Origin: Rhodothermaceae bacterium
Lineage (GTDB): Bacteria > Bacteroidota > Rhodothermia > Balneolales > Cyclonatronaceae
Length of the DNA stretch: 64,000 nucleotides
Direction: 5' to 3'
Assembly: GCA_020201275.1 (NCBI GenBank)
Contig: JAIVHB010000133.1
Coordinates: forward strand, 17,857-81,856
Positions 26,404 through 35,339 of this stretch are shown piece after piece (position 1 is the first letter of the stretch; each line of letters opens with the position of its first letter). Under the pieces are notes generated by a model. The model made no database searches. It was not told where the DNA came from and was given only the letters and a program-made list of their open reading frames with translations. A program made the translations under genes and the position numbers.

Positions 26404-27045
26404 ATGGCAACATTCAGCAAAGAACAGGTCACTGTTATTGATCACCCTGTTGTGCACAGGGATCTGACCATACTCAGAGATAAAAATACACCTACTGCAC
26501 CATTTCGCCAGGCATTGGCCCGCATTGCCACCATTCTGGCCTACCATTCACTCATCAATATACCGATCAGGGAAACCCAGGTTACAACCCCTATACAGGA
26601 TACAACGGGCTTCGAGCTGGATTCCGATATTATTGTTGTACCGATACTCAGGGCCGGTTTGGGCCTTGTTGACGGCATAATTCAATTCATTCCGGATGCC
26701 AAAGTGGGGCATCTCGGTATGTACCGCGATGAAACCACACACAAACCGATCGATTATTACGTTAAACTACCAGACGGAATTAAAACCTCTTACGTTTTGC
26801 TGGTCGACCCCATGCTTGCAACCGGAGGCAGTGCAGACGACGCCATCGGATATCTGAAGAAACACGGAGCAAAGAAGATATTGTTCATGTGCCTCATCTG
26901 TGCGCCCGAGGGTATCCGGAATATTCTGGATAACCACCCCGATGTGCACATTGTTACTGCTGCCATTGATGAGCGTCTCAACAGTGATGCATTCATTGTT
27001 CCGGGGCTGGGTGATGCAGGCGACCGCATCTTTGGCACACTCTGA
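26404..27045 (+). CDS. upp: Uracil phosphoribosyltransferase
   Basis: 'VIDHPVVHRDLTILRDK', PRPP-binding motif 'VLLVDPMLATGGSA', and C-terminal 'IVPGLGDAGDRIFGT'. Confidence 0.95.
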   Translation: MATFSKEQVTVIDHPVVHRDLTILRDKNTPTAPFRQALARIATILAYHSLINIPIRETQVTTPIQDTTGFELDSDIIVVPILRAGLGLVDGIIQFIPDAKVGHLGMYRDETTHKPIDYYVKLPDGIKTSYVLLVDPMLATGGSADDAIGYLKKHGAKKILFMCLICAPEGIRNILDNHPDVHIVTAAIDERLNSDAFIVPGLGDAGDRIFGTL

Positions 27046-27049
27046 ACTC

Positions 27050-28891
27050 ATGCATACCCATTCCCTGCGAATTATTATACCGCTGACCGCTCTGCTCATT
27101 TCATGCACCGAGCTGAGTGAATTCGACAGCCAGCTCGTGAGTGAAGCACTCAGTGATTCCGTGTTTTCAGTAACGGAGAGCTGGGATGTACGCACTCATC
27201 TGTTTGAAGACGGCCGCAGGATTATTACCCTCGAGAGCCCTTATACGGCCAGTTACGAAAAACAGGGACGGAACGAATCTCATATGAAAGGTCCGGTAAC
27301 AATTACCGCCTACGATTCTCTGGGTACACCCATAACGCTGGTATATGCCGACAACTCCATCTATCACAGCAGGGAGACCGAGTTTGAGTTTGAGGGGGAT
27401 GTGGTTGTTATCAACCTTGAAACCGAGAATACACTCAGAACCGAATATCTTAAATGGTTTTACCATACCCGCCATCCAATTTCAATTATGATCCGTTCAG
27501 CCAAATCGTGCGCAGTTCTTGCCCTGATGTTTTTTCTGAACGGAACACCGGAATCCGGTTTATCCCAAAGCCGGGTCCAGATTCTTCAGGCAGATCAGCT
27601 TGAGGGTTTCAGCGGAGACCTGGGGCCCGGCAGAAAACTGGCTGGTAACGTACAGCTTCGCATTCAGGATTCGATGATCGAAGCAGACAGCGTATTTCAA
27701 TACCTGGATCTGGATGAGATCCGGGCTTTTGGCAATATTCAGGTTACCACCCCACGGGAGACGATCTGGTCGGACAGGGCAATATACAATTACCTGATCG
27801 ATGACAGCAATTTTGAAAGCCGCGTGATCATCGTTACCGAGAACGTAACCATCTTCAGTACCCAGGCCTACTACAGCTTTAATTCCGAAATCGCACAATT
27901 TCCGGCAAAACTTAGACTTGAGGATGACCGTGGTATACTTATTGCAGACAGCGGAATTTATTTTTCCCAACAAGACAGTTCTGTTTTCAGGGGTAATGTT
28001 CAGTTTGCCGATTCAACACAGTACGTTGAGGCCGACAGCATGTTCAGTAACAGGGTCAGTGAATATTATGAACTGCATGGCAGGGTGTTCATGCTGGATA
28101 CTGAGAACAGGACCCGGCTGACCGGCAACTATGCCGAACGGGATTCCCTTGGCCGGAGGCTTATTGAAGGCGATGCCCGCCTGCTTCGGATGAACGAGGA
28201 AGCCACCGATTCCACCTTCATGTGGGCGAATCTGATTCAAGTTACTGAACACGATACAACCTTCATTACCCAGGCTTCCGGCGATGTCATGATATGGTCG
28301 CCAGAATACTCAACACGTTCAGACTCTTCAAGCTATATTGACTCAACTGAGGATTTTTATCTTATAGGCAATGGCAACATCTGGTATCAAGACATACAAC
28401 TAACCGGGCAGCATATCCTCATACGTTTCCTGGATGAGGCACTTGATCGTATTGATGCCACAAACGAGCCCTTTGCGGTTTTTCAGGATACCCTTACCGG
28501 CCGGTTGAATCAGCTGCGCGGAGACTCAATAGCCGTCTTTTTCAATGAGGGTGATCTTAATCTTATTACCGGACGCCCTGATGCCAGAATATTTTATCAC
28601 ATGAAGAATCAGGACGAAGAACCCGACGGGGGTATTGAGCTAACAGCCGAATCGGCTTTTATGTACTTTGAAGACGGTGAACTCGTCGATTTTAAAGCAT
28701 ATGTAAATATCGACGGTATTGTGCATCCTGAATCGCAGGATGTTCTGGGAAAACACCTAGAGGGGTTTGTCTGGACACCGGAGAGAAGACCGCCTGTACC
28801 CGTAACAATGCTTATACAACGGCTGGAACCGATACCGGACGACAGACCGTTCGATTATCCCCGCCGGTATCTTCTGCATACAGGTGAATAA
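27050..28891 (+). CDS. LptC-like lipoprotein module fused in frame to an OstA/LptA-like repeat protein
   Basis: ATG at 27050, 4 nt after the upp stop. Lipobox-like 'LLISC'. LptC-like beta-jellyroll up to 'TEYLKW'. An internal ATG at 27488 is followed by a second signal-like segment, 'SCAVLALMFFL'. About 460 aa of OstA-like repeats follow ('LAGNVQLRIQDSMIEADS', 'FRGNVQFADSTQYVEADS'). There is no stop codon between the two parts. Confidence 0.6.
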   Translation: MHTHSLRIIIPLTALLISCTELSEFDSQLVSEALSDSVFSVTESWDVRTHLFEDGRRIITLESPYTASYEKQGRNESHMKGPVTITAYDSLGTPITLVYADNSIYHSRETEFEFEGDVVVINLETENTLRTEYLKWFYHTRHPISIMIRSAKSCAVLALMFFLNGTPESGLSQSRVQILQADQLEGFSGDLGPGRKLAGNVQLRIQDSMIEADSVFQYLDLDEIRAFGNIQVTTPRETIWSDRAIYNYLIDDSNFESRVIIVTENVTIFSTQAYYSFNSEIAQFPAKLRLEDDRGILIADSGIYFSQQDSSVFRGNVQFADSTQYVEADSMFSNRVSEYYELHGRVFMLDTENRTRLTGNYAERDSLGRRLIEGDARLLRMNEEATDSTFMWANLIQVTEHDTTFITQASGDVMIWSPEYSTRSDSSSYIDSTEDFYLIGNGNIWYQDIQLTGQHILIRFLDEALDRIDATNEPFAVFQDTLTGRLNQLRGDSIAVFFNEGDLNLITGRPDARIFYHMKNQDEEPDGGIELTAESAFMYFEDGELVDFKAYVNIDGIVHPESQDVLGKHLEGFVWTPERRPPVPVTMLIQRLEPIPDDRPFDYPRRYLLHTGE

Positions 28892-28902
28892 ATACAACAA
28901 AG

Positions 28903-28926
28903 AAGGCCGCCCTTAAAGGCGGCCTT
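28903..28926. terminator. Bidirectional intrinsic terminator
   Basis: Perfect GC-rich 9-bp stem AAGGCCGCC (28903..28911) / GGCGGCCTT (28918..28926) with a 6-nt loop, between convergent genes. Confidence 0.75.
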
Positions 28927-28995
28927 ACGATTTTATATATGCTGTACCGCACTGACCAACAAGGTCCGGCAGGAAACGGATTCAGGTTTTCAGGA

Positions 28996-31122
28996 TCAGG
29001 CCTCTTCAAGATCCAGGGTTTCTTTCATTACTTTTTCCTGTATATCTCTCGGTACAGAGGAATAATCGCTGAATGCCAGACTGTGAGTTGCACGGCCCTG
29101 GGTCATCGACTTAAGATGGGTGGCGTATTTATTTAGCTCAGCGAGAGGAATTTTCGCCTTAATTTTCTGTACGCTCCCATCGGCATCCATGCCCAGAATC
29201 TGACCTCTTCTTGTTGACAGATCTCCCAGTACATCACCCATATAATCGGACGGAACCGCAATATTCACATCATAGACGGGTTCAAGCAACTGCGGTGAGG
29301 CATCAAGGAATGCTTTCTTGAACGCCATAAGCCCGGCCGTTTTGAACGCAGCCTCGTTGGAATCGACGGAGTGCATTGAACCATCGTAAACGGCAACCCG
29401 CACATCACGCACACGGCAGTTTGAAAGCGGCCCGTTTTCCATTTTGTCCATCACACCCTTGAGTATGGCCGGCATAAAACGGTTATCAATCACTCCGCCA
29501 ACAATGCAGTTCAGGAATTCCAGCTTCCCCCCCCAGGGCAGTTCAATCAACTGGCGGTCTCTCACCGACATATCCGGGGGATCGGGCATACCTTCATGCC
29601 AGGGTTCCACATACAGGTAGACCTCTGCGTACTGGCCTGCACCTCCGGTCTGCTTTTTATGCTTGTATGTGGCCTTTACAGGTTTTGTGATAGTTTCCCT
29701 GTATGGAATGCGTGGTTCATACAGCTCCACATCCACCTTAAAGCGGTTAGTAAGCATATACTTAACTATTGCGAGATGTTCCTCACCCTGCCCGCTGATA
29801 ATGAGCTGCTTGAGTTCCTGGTTATGGTCTACGTGCAGTGCCGGGTTCTCCTTGTGCAGCTGGTTGAGTGCTGTGCCAAGTTTTTCTTCGTCGCCGGTTT
29901 TTACATTTCGAATGGCCGCGCGAATATTCGGTTCAGGATAAATAATCGGCGGGAGTTCTACATCAAACCCTTTTTCGTGCAGGGTTTCGTTTGCATGACA
30001 ATCTTTCAGTTTTACCACAGCACCAATATCACCGCACTGGAATTCGGAAATTTCCTGGCGTTTGTTACCCTGGGTCATGAACAAGGTGCCAAGCCTGCTC
30101 GTATTGGAAGTTGCCGAATTGATCAAATCCATCCCGGTTTTCACAAAACCGCTGTATACTTTGAAATACATCAACTCGCCTACATGATCTTCATACACAT
30201 TTTTGAACAGGAAAATGGCCGACTTCGCTTCAGGGTCCATAGGCAGTTCCTTACCATCCATAAGTACGACGGGATTCTCCTCAATCGGGGCGGGAATAAC
30301 GGTATCGATGAAGCCCATTACCCGGCCGGTACCCATGTTTTTCTCGGCGCTGGTACAGAACAGCGGGAAAATTTGTCCGTTCTTCATTGCCGACCGCAGA
30401 CCGTCTACCATTTCAAATTCTCCGAGGGTGCCCTTCTCAAAGTATAGGTCCATGAGCATCTCATCATTTTCGGCAATTGCTTCGATCAGTTCATTGTGCA
30501 ACAGTTCGGCCCTTGTACGCTGTGAGTCTGGGATCGGAAGTTTATCGGGTTTGCCGCCATCTTCCGGGAACTCATACATGGTCATTTTCAACACATCGAT
30601 TATGGTGTTGAATTCTTCGCCCTCGCCATAGGGATATTGTATTACAACCACTTCCCGGCCGAACCGGTCCCTGGCCTGGTCTACTGTATTCTGAAAATTC
30701 GAATTCGGGCTGTCTACTTTATTGACTACAATAATAGACGGGATATTTAGATTCCTGGCATAATTCCAGAGCACCTCGGTACCAACTTCCACGCCGTGTT
30801 CGGCATCGAGTACAAACAGTGCATTTCCGGCAACCTGAAGCGAAGGTATCACCTCGCTGATGTAATCGGCTGTGCCAGGTGTGTCAATAATATTAATTTT
30901 ATGGCCTCTCCAGTCGAGATGCAGAAATGATGTGAATACAGATTTAAGTTTTTCCTTTTCTACCTGTTGAAAATCAGATACTGTATTGCCGTCGTTGATG
31001 GTACCTCTTCGTTTAATGGTACCAGACTCGAACAACATCGTTTCCGCAAGCGTGGTTTTACCCGATCCGGAGTGGCCCAACAGAGCGATATTCCGGATTT
31101 TGCCTGGCTTGTAAACATTCAT
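28996..31122 (-). CDS. Elongation factor G-like GTPase (EF-G paralogue)
   Basis: 708 aa. G1 'GHSGSGKTT', G3 'DTPG', G4 'NKVD'. EF-G domains II-V are recognisable ('GDIGAVVKLK', 'GQGEEHLAIV', 'LLEPVYDVNIAVP'). It is not next to rpsL/rpsG/tuf, so it is probably not the primary fusA. Confidence 0.85.
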   Translation of the reverse strand: MNVYKPGKIRNIALLGHSGSGKTTLAETMLFESGTIKRRGTINDGNTVSDFQQVEKEKLKSVFTSFLHLDWRGHKINIIDTPGTADYISEVIPSLQVAGNALFVLDAEHGVEVGTEVLWNYARNLNIPSIIVVNKVDSPNSNFQNTVDQARDRFGREVVVIQYPYGEGEEFNTIIDVLKMTMYEFPEDGGKPDKLPIPDSQRTRAELLHNELIEAIAENDEMLMDLYFEKGTLGEFEMVDGLRSAMKNGQIFPLFCTSAEKNMGTGRVMGFIDTVIPAPIEENPVVLMDGKELPMDPEAKSAIFLFKNVYEDHVGELMYFKVYSGFVKTGMDLINSATSNTSRLGTLFMTQGNKRQEISEFQCGDIGAVVKLKDCHANETLHEKGFDVELPPIIYPEPNIRAAIRNVKTGDEEKLGTALNQLHKENPALHVDHNQELKQLIISGQGEEHLAIVKYMLTNRFKVDVELYEPRIPYRETITKPVKATYKHKKQTGGAGQYAEVYLYVEPWHEGMPDPPDMSVRDRQLIELPWGGKLEFLNCIVGGVIDNRFMPAILKGVMDKMENGPLSNCRVRDVRVAVYDGSMHSVDSNEAAFKTAGLMAFKKAFLDASPQLLEPVYDVNIAVPSDYMGDVLGDLSTRRGQILGMDADGSVQKIKAKIPLAELNKYATHLKSMTQGRATHSLAFSDYSSVPRDIQEKVMKETLDLEEA

Positions 31123-31477
31123 AATAAAACTCCTTTTTTACAGGTTAGCTTCCTGTTAAGATGGTGAGCGCCCTCGGGTAGTTCACTTGATCTAATGATT
31201 TCTGAAAATCTTTTATCCCAATATTAAAAAGAACCGGACGCAGGATGATGGCCGGATCGTATTCCGGCGACAAGTTAGAAATAACTGTTTATCACAGAAT
31301 CAAACAAGCATTTTTTAAAAAAACTTTTGAAAAATTTAAAAATAAACATGCCGGCTGTGGTTTTCCGCCAAGTATCTTTTTCTGCTTTCAGAAAACCCGT
31401 AACCCGGTCTTCAGAACAGTTATGAGCTTCCTGTCTATTCTGTTAACTTTCGGTATATATATCCATTTAACGACCCA

Positions 31478-32482
31478 ATGAAACGAATTCTGATCATTCA
31501 AACCGGCGGCACCATTGCTATGCAGATTAAAGATAGTGCCGGTTATACTCAAACGTCGCCTCATCCCTCCGATTTTCTTGAAAACAGAATCCCGGAACTC
31601 TCCGGTATAGCTCATATAGAGATCATCGACCTCTTTTTCAAAGACAGTTCCGATATGAACCCGGCCGACTGGATAACACTGGCTGAAACCATCAATGAAA
31701 ACTACACATCATTTGACGGGTTTGTGATATTGCACGGAACCGATACTATGGCTTATACGGCTTCGGCTCTGTCTTTCTGTCTGAACAACCTCGGAAAACC
31801 GGTAATACTTACGGGAAGTCAAATTCCGATGGCAGTAATTCGCAGTGATGCATCCCGAAACCTGATCAACGCTATTGAGATGGCCACAATGCCACTCAAT
31901 GAAGTGGCAATCTGCTTTAACGATCATATTTTCCGTGGAAACCGTTCCACAAAATCGAGTGCTGGCGATTTTGATGCTTTCAGCTCACCCAATTATCCAC
32001 CCCTGGCCGATATTGGGTTAAACATCTCGCTGAACTATCAGATCACCCCAAGTCCGGCAAAATTCGGTATCACACCCGGCTTCGACAACCGTGTTTTTTT
32101 GATCCGCCTTTTCCCCGGGTTGAATCCGGATAACCTGCTGAAACTGATCGGACCTGATATTCGTGCTATTATTGTTGAGGCATTCGGGTGCGGCAACTTT
32201 CCCGGAAGCGGACGTCACTCATTGCTGCCGTTTTTCGAAAAATGTCTGGAGCAGGATATTTTACTGGTCATCGGTTCCCAGGCACTTCAGGATGCCGCAG
32301 ACCTTTCGAAATACGAAAGCGGCCGGATGGCACAATCATTGGGTATAATAAGTGCCGGCGATATGACCACCGAGGCCTCGTTAACCAAGATGATGTATCT
32401 GCTTGCCATGCACGACAATCACCTTGCGGTGCGTGATCTGTATAACCGCCCGATCGCCGGCGAGATTACCGTCAAAAGCTGA
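31478..32482 (+). CDS. ansA: L-asparaginase, type I
   Basis: 'ILIIQTGGTIAM' and 'ILHGTDTMAYTASALSF' are the asparaginase active-site blocks. Confidence 0.9.
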   Translation: MKRILIIQTGGTIAMQIKDSAGYTQTSPHPSDFLENRIPELSGIAHIEIIDLFFKDSSDMNPADWITLAETINENYTSFDGFVILHGTDTMAYTASALSFCLNNLGKPVILTGSQIPMAVIRSDASRNLINAIEMATMPLNEVAICFNDHIFRGNRSTKSSAGDFDAFSSPNYPPLADIGLNISLNYQITPSPAKFGITPGFDNRVFLIRLFPGLNPDNLLKLIGPDIRAIIVEAFGCGNFPGSGRHSLLPFFEKCLEQDILLVIGSQALQDAADLSKYESGRMAQSLGIISAGDMTTEASLTKMMYLLAMHDNHLAVRDLYNRPIAGEITVKS

Positions 32483-32571
32483 TAAGGAAACTTCGGCCAT
32501 AAATACCGGGTTACTGCAAACGTTAAATCCCTTTTCACTGCCTACTCACCCATCAGAAAAATTTTATTAAT

Positions 32572-33516
32572 ATGAGCAGCAGCTGGACTCTTTCATCCAT
32601 CCCACCACACGACTTCTACATCTGTCTGGATGTGGATCAGTACTTCGATCTTGAGCACGAACCTGAGTTGATTTTTGATCAGGGTTTCACCCGTCCAGTA
32701 CCGCTTAAAGAGCGCGATGTTCTTTGTACCATATCGTTTAACGGCGATCCCGAAAAACCCGAATTTCATATCACCTCTTCTGAAACACTCAGTAAGTCCG
32801 AGATATCAGAGGCCAACAAACCGCTGAGCCGGATTCTGGGTACCGATCTGGATATACGTCCGCTGTACGACCGGGCGGCCGGCGATCCTGTTCTCGACCG
32901 GCATCTCACCGCCTTATACGGTCTGAAACGCCTGAGCCGGGCAAATTTTTTCGAGGATGCCATGAACCGCATCATTATTGCCCAAATACGGCACCGCCCC
33001 ACTGCCAGAAAAATGGTATATGGTGTTAGGGAAGCATACGGTGTACGCCTTGATCATGAGGGAGGCAGCATCAGCGCCTGGCCCCGCCCCCACCGTTTAG
33101 TATCGGCAGATCCGGTTTCACTCAAAAAGCACGGGCTTTCGCTTCGCAAGGGTGAGTATGTAATCGGCATAGCCGATGAACTGGTATCAGGGCGCACGAG
33201 CAACAATCAGATGGAATCGCTGGATCCTGCCGATTTCTACGAACGGGCCAGGGCCATTCGGGGCATCGGCCCAACCACGGCCCAGGATCTTATGATGTTC
33301 CGTAACCGTACAGATGCCATTTTTCCCAGCGAGATCGACAAAGGAGTTGAAAAGGGACTCCGCCGTTGGATCATATTCTCCTATGGCGGTGATCCCGACC
33401 ATACTTCGGAAAACGATTTTCTTGAAATGATTTCCAACTGGAATGGGTTCGAAAGCAGTGCCCTCGAATTTCTTTTTGTAAATTGGGTGCTCACAGAAAA
33501 AAAGAAGAAGCAATAA
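32572..33516 (+). CDS. HhH-GPD superfamily DNA glycosylase (AlkA-like)
   Basis: 314 aa. 'FEDAMNRIIIAQIRHRPTARKM', 'HGLSLRKGEYVIGIA' and the helix-hairpin-helix 'IRGIGPTTAQDLMMF' fit AlkA/3-methyladenine glycosylase II architecture. Confidence 0.65.
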   Translation: MSSSWTLSSIPPHDFYICLDVDQYFDLEHEPELIFDQGFTRPVPLKERDVLCTISFNGDPEKPEFHITSSETLSKSEISEANKPLSRILGTDLDIRPLYDRAAGDPVLDRHLTALYGLKRLSRANFFEDAMNRIIIAQIRHRPTARKMVYGVREAYGVRLDHEGGSISAWPRPHRLVSADPVSLKKHGLSLRKGEYVIGIADELVSGRTSNNQMESLDPADFYERARAIRGIGPTTAQDLMMFRNRTDAIFPSEIDKGVEKGLRRWIIFSYGGDPDHTSENDFLEMISNWNGFESSALEFLFVNWVLTEKKKKQ

Positions 33517-33593
33517 GAAAACGTGCGTGGTTACCCTTGCAGGTTTCTCCCCAAAAGAACCCGAATTGATAAACAGATCAGAAAAAAACAACA

Positions 33594-34166
33594 ATGACAT
33601 CACAGGATATCCGCTCACAGATCAGCATAGAGGCCTTCAGGAATATTAATGCCGCACGGGCTATGGTCGTGATCATGATAGTAAGCAGTTTTGCATTTCT
33701 GTTCCTTGTATGGCTGCTCTATTTTCGGGAAGGTGCAGAAACCTGGCCTGCCTATGTAAACCAGCTTCCTACTCTAAACGCCATTTTCAATAGTATTGCC
33801 ACTATTTTTCTCATTCTCGGGTTTATAGCCATCAAAAACAGAAAATTTAAAACCCATATGCGGTATATGATTGCCGCATTTGTTATGTCATGCCTGTTTC
33901 TGGTCAGTTATGTGGTATATCATAATTTTGTAGGCCATACCCCATTCCCCGGACAGGGTTGGATTCGCCCTTTTTACTTCTCAATCCTAATCAGCCACAT
34001 CGTTCTTTCTGCGGCTGTTGTACCCCTGATACTGAGCAGTTTTTATTTTTCATTTGCCGGCAAATTCGATACCCACAGGCGCCTGTCAAAGATCACACTG
34101 CCCGTATGGCTTTACGTTTCGGTTACCGGTGTTGCCATCTATTTTATTCTAAATGCTTATGTTTAG
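33594..34166 (+). CDS. DUF420 family membrane protein (CtaM-like)
   Basis: 190 aa with four or five TM segments. The 'LPTLNAIFNSIATIFLILGFIAIKNRKFKTHMRYM' pattern is as I recall for DUF420. Confidence 0.7.
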   Translation: MTSQDIRSQISIEAFRNINAARAMVVIMIVSSFAFLFLVWLLYFREGAETWPAYVNQLPTLNAIFNSIATIFLILGFIAIKNRKFKTHMRYMIAAFVMSCLFLVSYVVYHNFVGHTPFPGQGWIRPFYFSILISHIVLSAAVVPLILSSFYFSFAGKFDTHRRLSKITLPVWLYVSVTGVAIYFILNAYV

Positions 34167-34192
34167 GCGATTCAGATTGAAATGACTTTTAT

Positions 34193-35293
34193 ATGGGGCA
34201 CAACAAAATTGTTATTCTGGGGGGTGGCATAAACGGGCTCACCTGCGGGCTTCTGCTTCAGCAGTCGGGATACACCACCAGATTGATAACCGCACGTGAA
34301 TGGCAGCCCGTGGCAGACGACCCCGGTTTCACCAGCCTTTACCCGGCTTCATCCATCAAACCGGTGACTGTAAAAACGCCGATACTGAACGAACTGCTGA
34401 GGGTATCGCAGGAACGATTTTCAGCCTTGTTGCAGGTACCGGAATCCGGTGTCAGGCAGCACGTTCACTACGAAGTACATGAACATCCGGAGGAAGCACC
34501 GGATTACGCTAATGAAATGAAGAATTTCAGGCTGTTCAGCAATGGCACGGCCGGTATTCCAAAACGAAGACCCGGCTTACCTGTCTCGGGGTGGTATTAC
34601 GATGTGCTGTTTGCCGACACACCCGTCTACATGCCATGGCTCAGGGAGATGTACCTCAAAACGGGAGGGCAGATACTTTTAAAAACCGTGACGGCTGAAG
34701 AAATATGCGGGTTACCGGAAACCCTGATTGTGAACTGTACCGGCACGGGAACCATAGGACTGTTTGAAGATGATGCTAACGACGTCCGGTTTGTAAAGGG
34801 TCATCAGATAATAATCGGTCTGAAAGATATACCTGAGGAATACCGATATCCGGGCTTTTCTTACAACTACACCGCCGGCAGTGAGATTTACAGGAATCCT
34901 GACGGGCATGCAGCCGATGTCTATTTCTATCCACGAAGCGACTGCTGGATTCTCGGGGCCAGCCGTCAGGAGTGCCGGTTCGGCAATAATGGGCAGATGA
35001 TTGAAGAGCCGGCTGCCCATACGATGACGGTTATTGGTGCTACCGGCGTACCGCAACCGATGTATGAGATAAACAGGGACATCCTGTATGAAACACTTGG
35101 TCTCGATATATCCGCTCTGCCGATGGATGCCCGATTCGGATACCGCTTTATTCGTAAGAAAAACGGATTACGCCTTGAATCAGCACCTATGGGCGACAAA
35201 ATGATCATACACAACTACGGCCATGGCGGCGCAGGGGTAACCCTCTCCTGGGGATGTGCCGTTAAAGTTCTCGAAATGGTCACAAACGGATAA
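34193..35293 (+). CDS. FAD-dependent D-amino-acid oxidase family protein
   Basis: The Rossmann motif 'KIVILGGGINGLTCG' is at the N-terminus. 'IIHNYGHGGAGVTLSWGCA' fits the D-amino-acid oxidase signature pattern [LIVM](2)-H-[NHA]-Y-G-x-[GSA](2)-x-G-x(5)-G-x-A residue by residue. Confidence 0.75.
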   Translation: MGHNKIVILGGGINGLTCGLLLQQSGYTTRLITAREWQPVADDPGFTSLYPASSIKPVTVKTPILNELLRVSQERFSALLQVPESGVRQHVHYEVHEHPEEAPDYANEMKNFRLFSNGTAGIPKRRPGLPVSGWYYDVLFADTPVYMPWLREMYLKTGGQILLKTVTAEEICGLPETLIVNCTGTGTIGLFEDDANDVRFVKGHQIIIGLKDIPEEYRYPGFSYNYTAGSEIYRNPDGHAADVYFYPRSDCWILGASRQECRFGNNGQMIEEPAAHTMTVIGATGVPQPMYEINRDILYETLGLDISALPMDARFGYRFIRKKNGLRLESAPMGDKMIIHNYGHGGAGVTLSWGCAVKVLEMVTNG

Positions 35294-35339
35294 TCGCAGG
35301 CCAGCCAGTGCAAGGTTTGTTTTACAGTCTACTGATAGA

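Noticed and set aside
26900-27049. Upstream extension of the LptC/OstA ORF
   Set aside because: It overlaps the 3' end of upp in another frame. The lipoprotein signal begins at the ATG at 27050.
29596-30447. 283-aa ORF on the plus strand
   Set aside because: It is antisense to the EF-G-like gene and is a shadow ORF.
31245-31481. 78-aa ORF in the EF-G/ansA intergenic region (also 12753..12965 and 12795..12989 between rnr and the Omp85 gene)
   Set aside because: These ORFs have AT-rich, low-complexity translations with no motifs, and they lie in regions expected to hold promoters.
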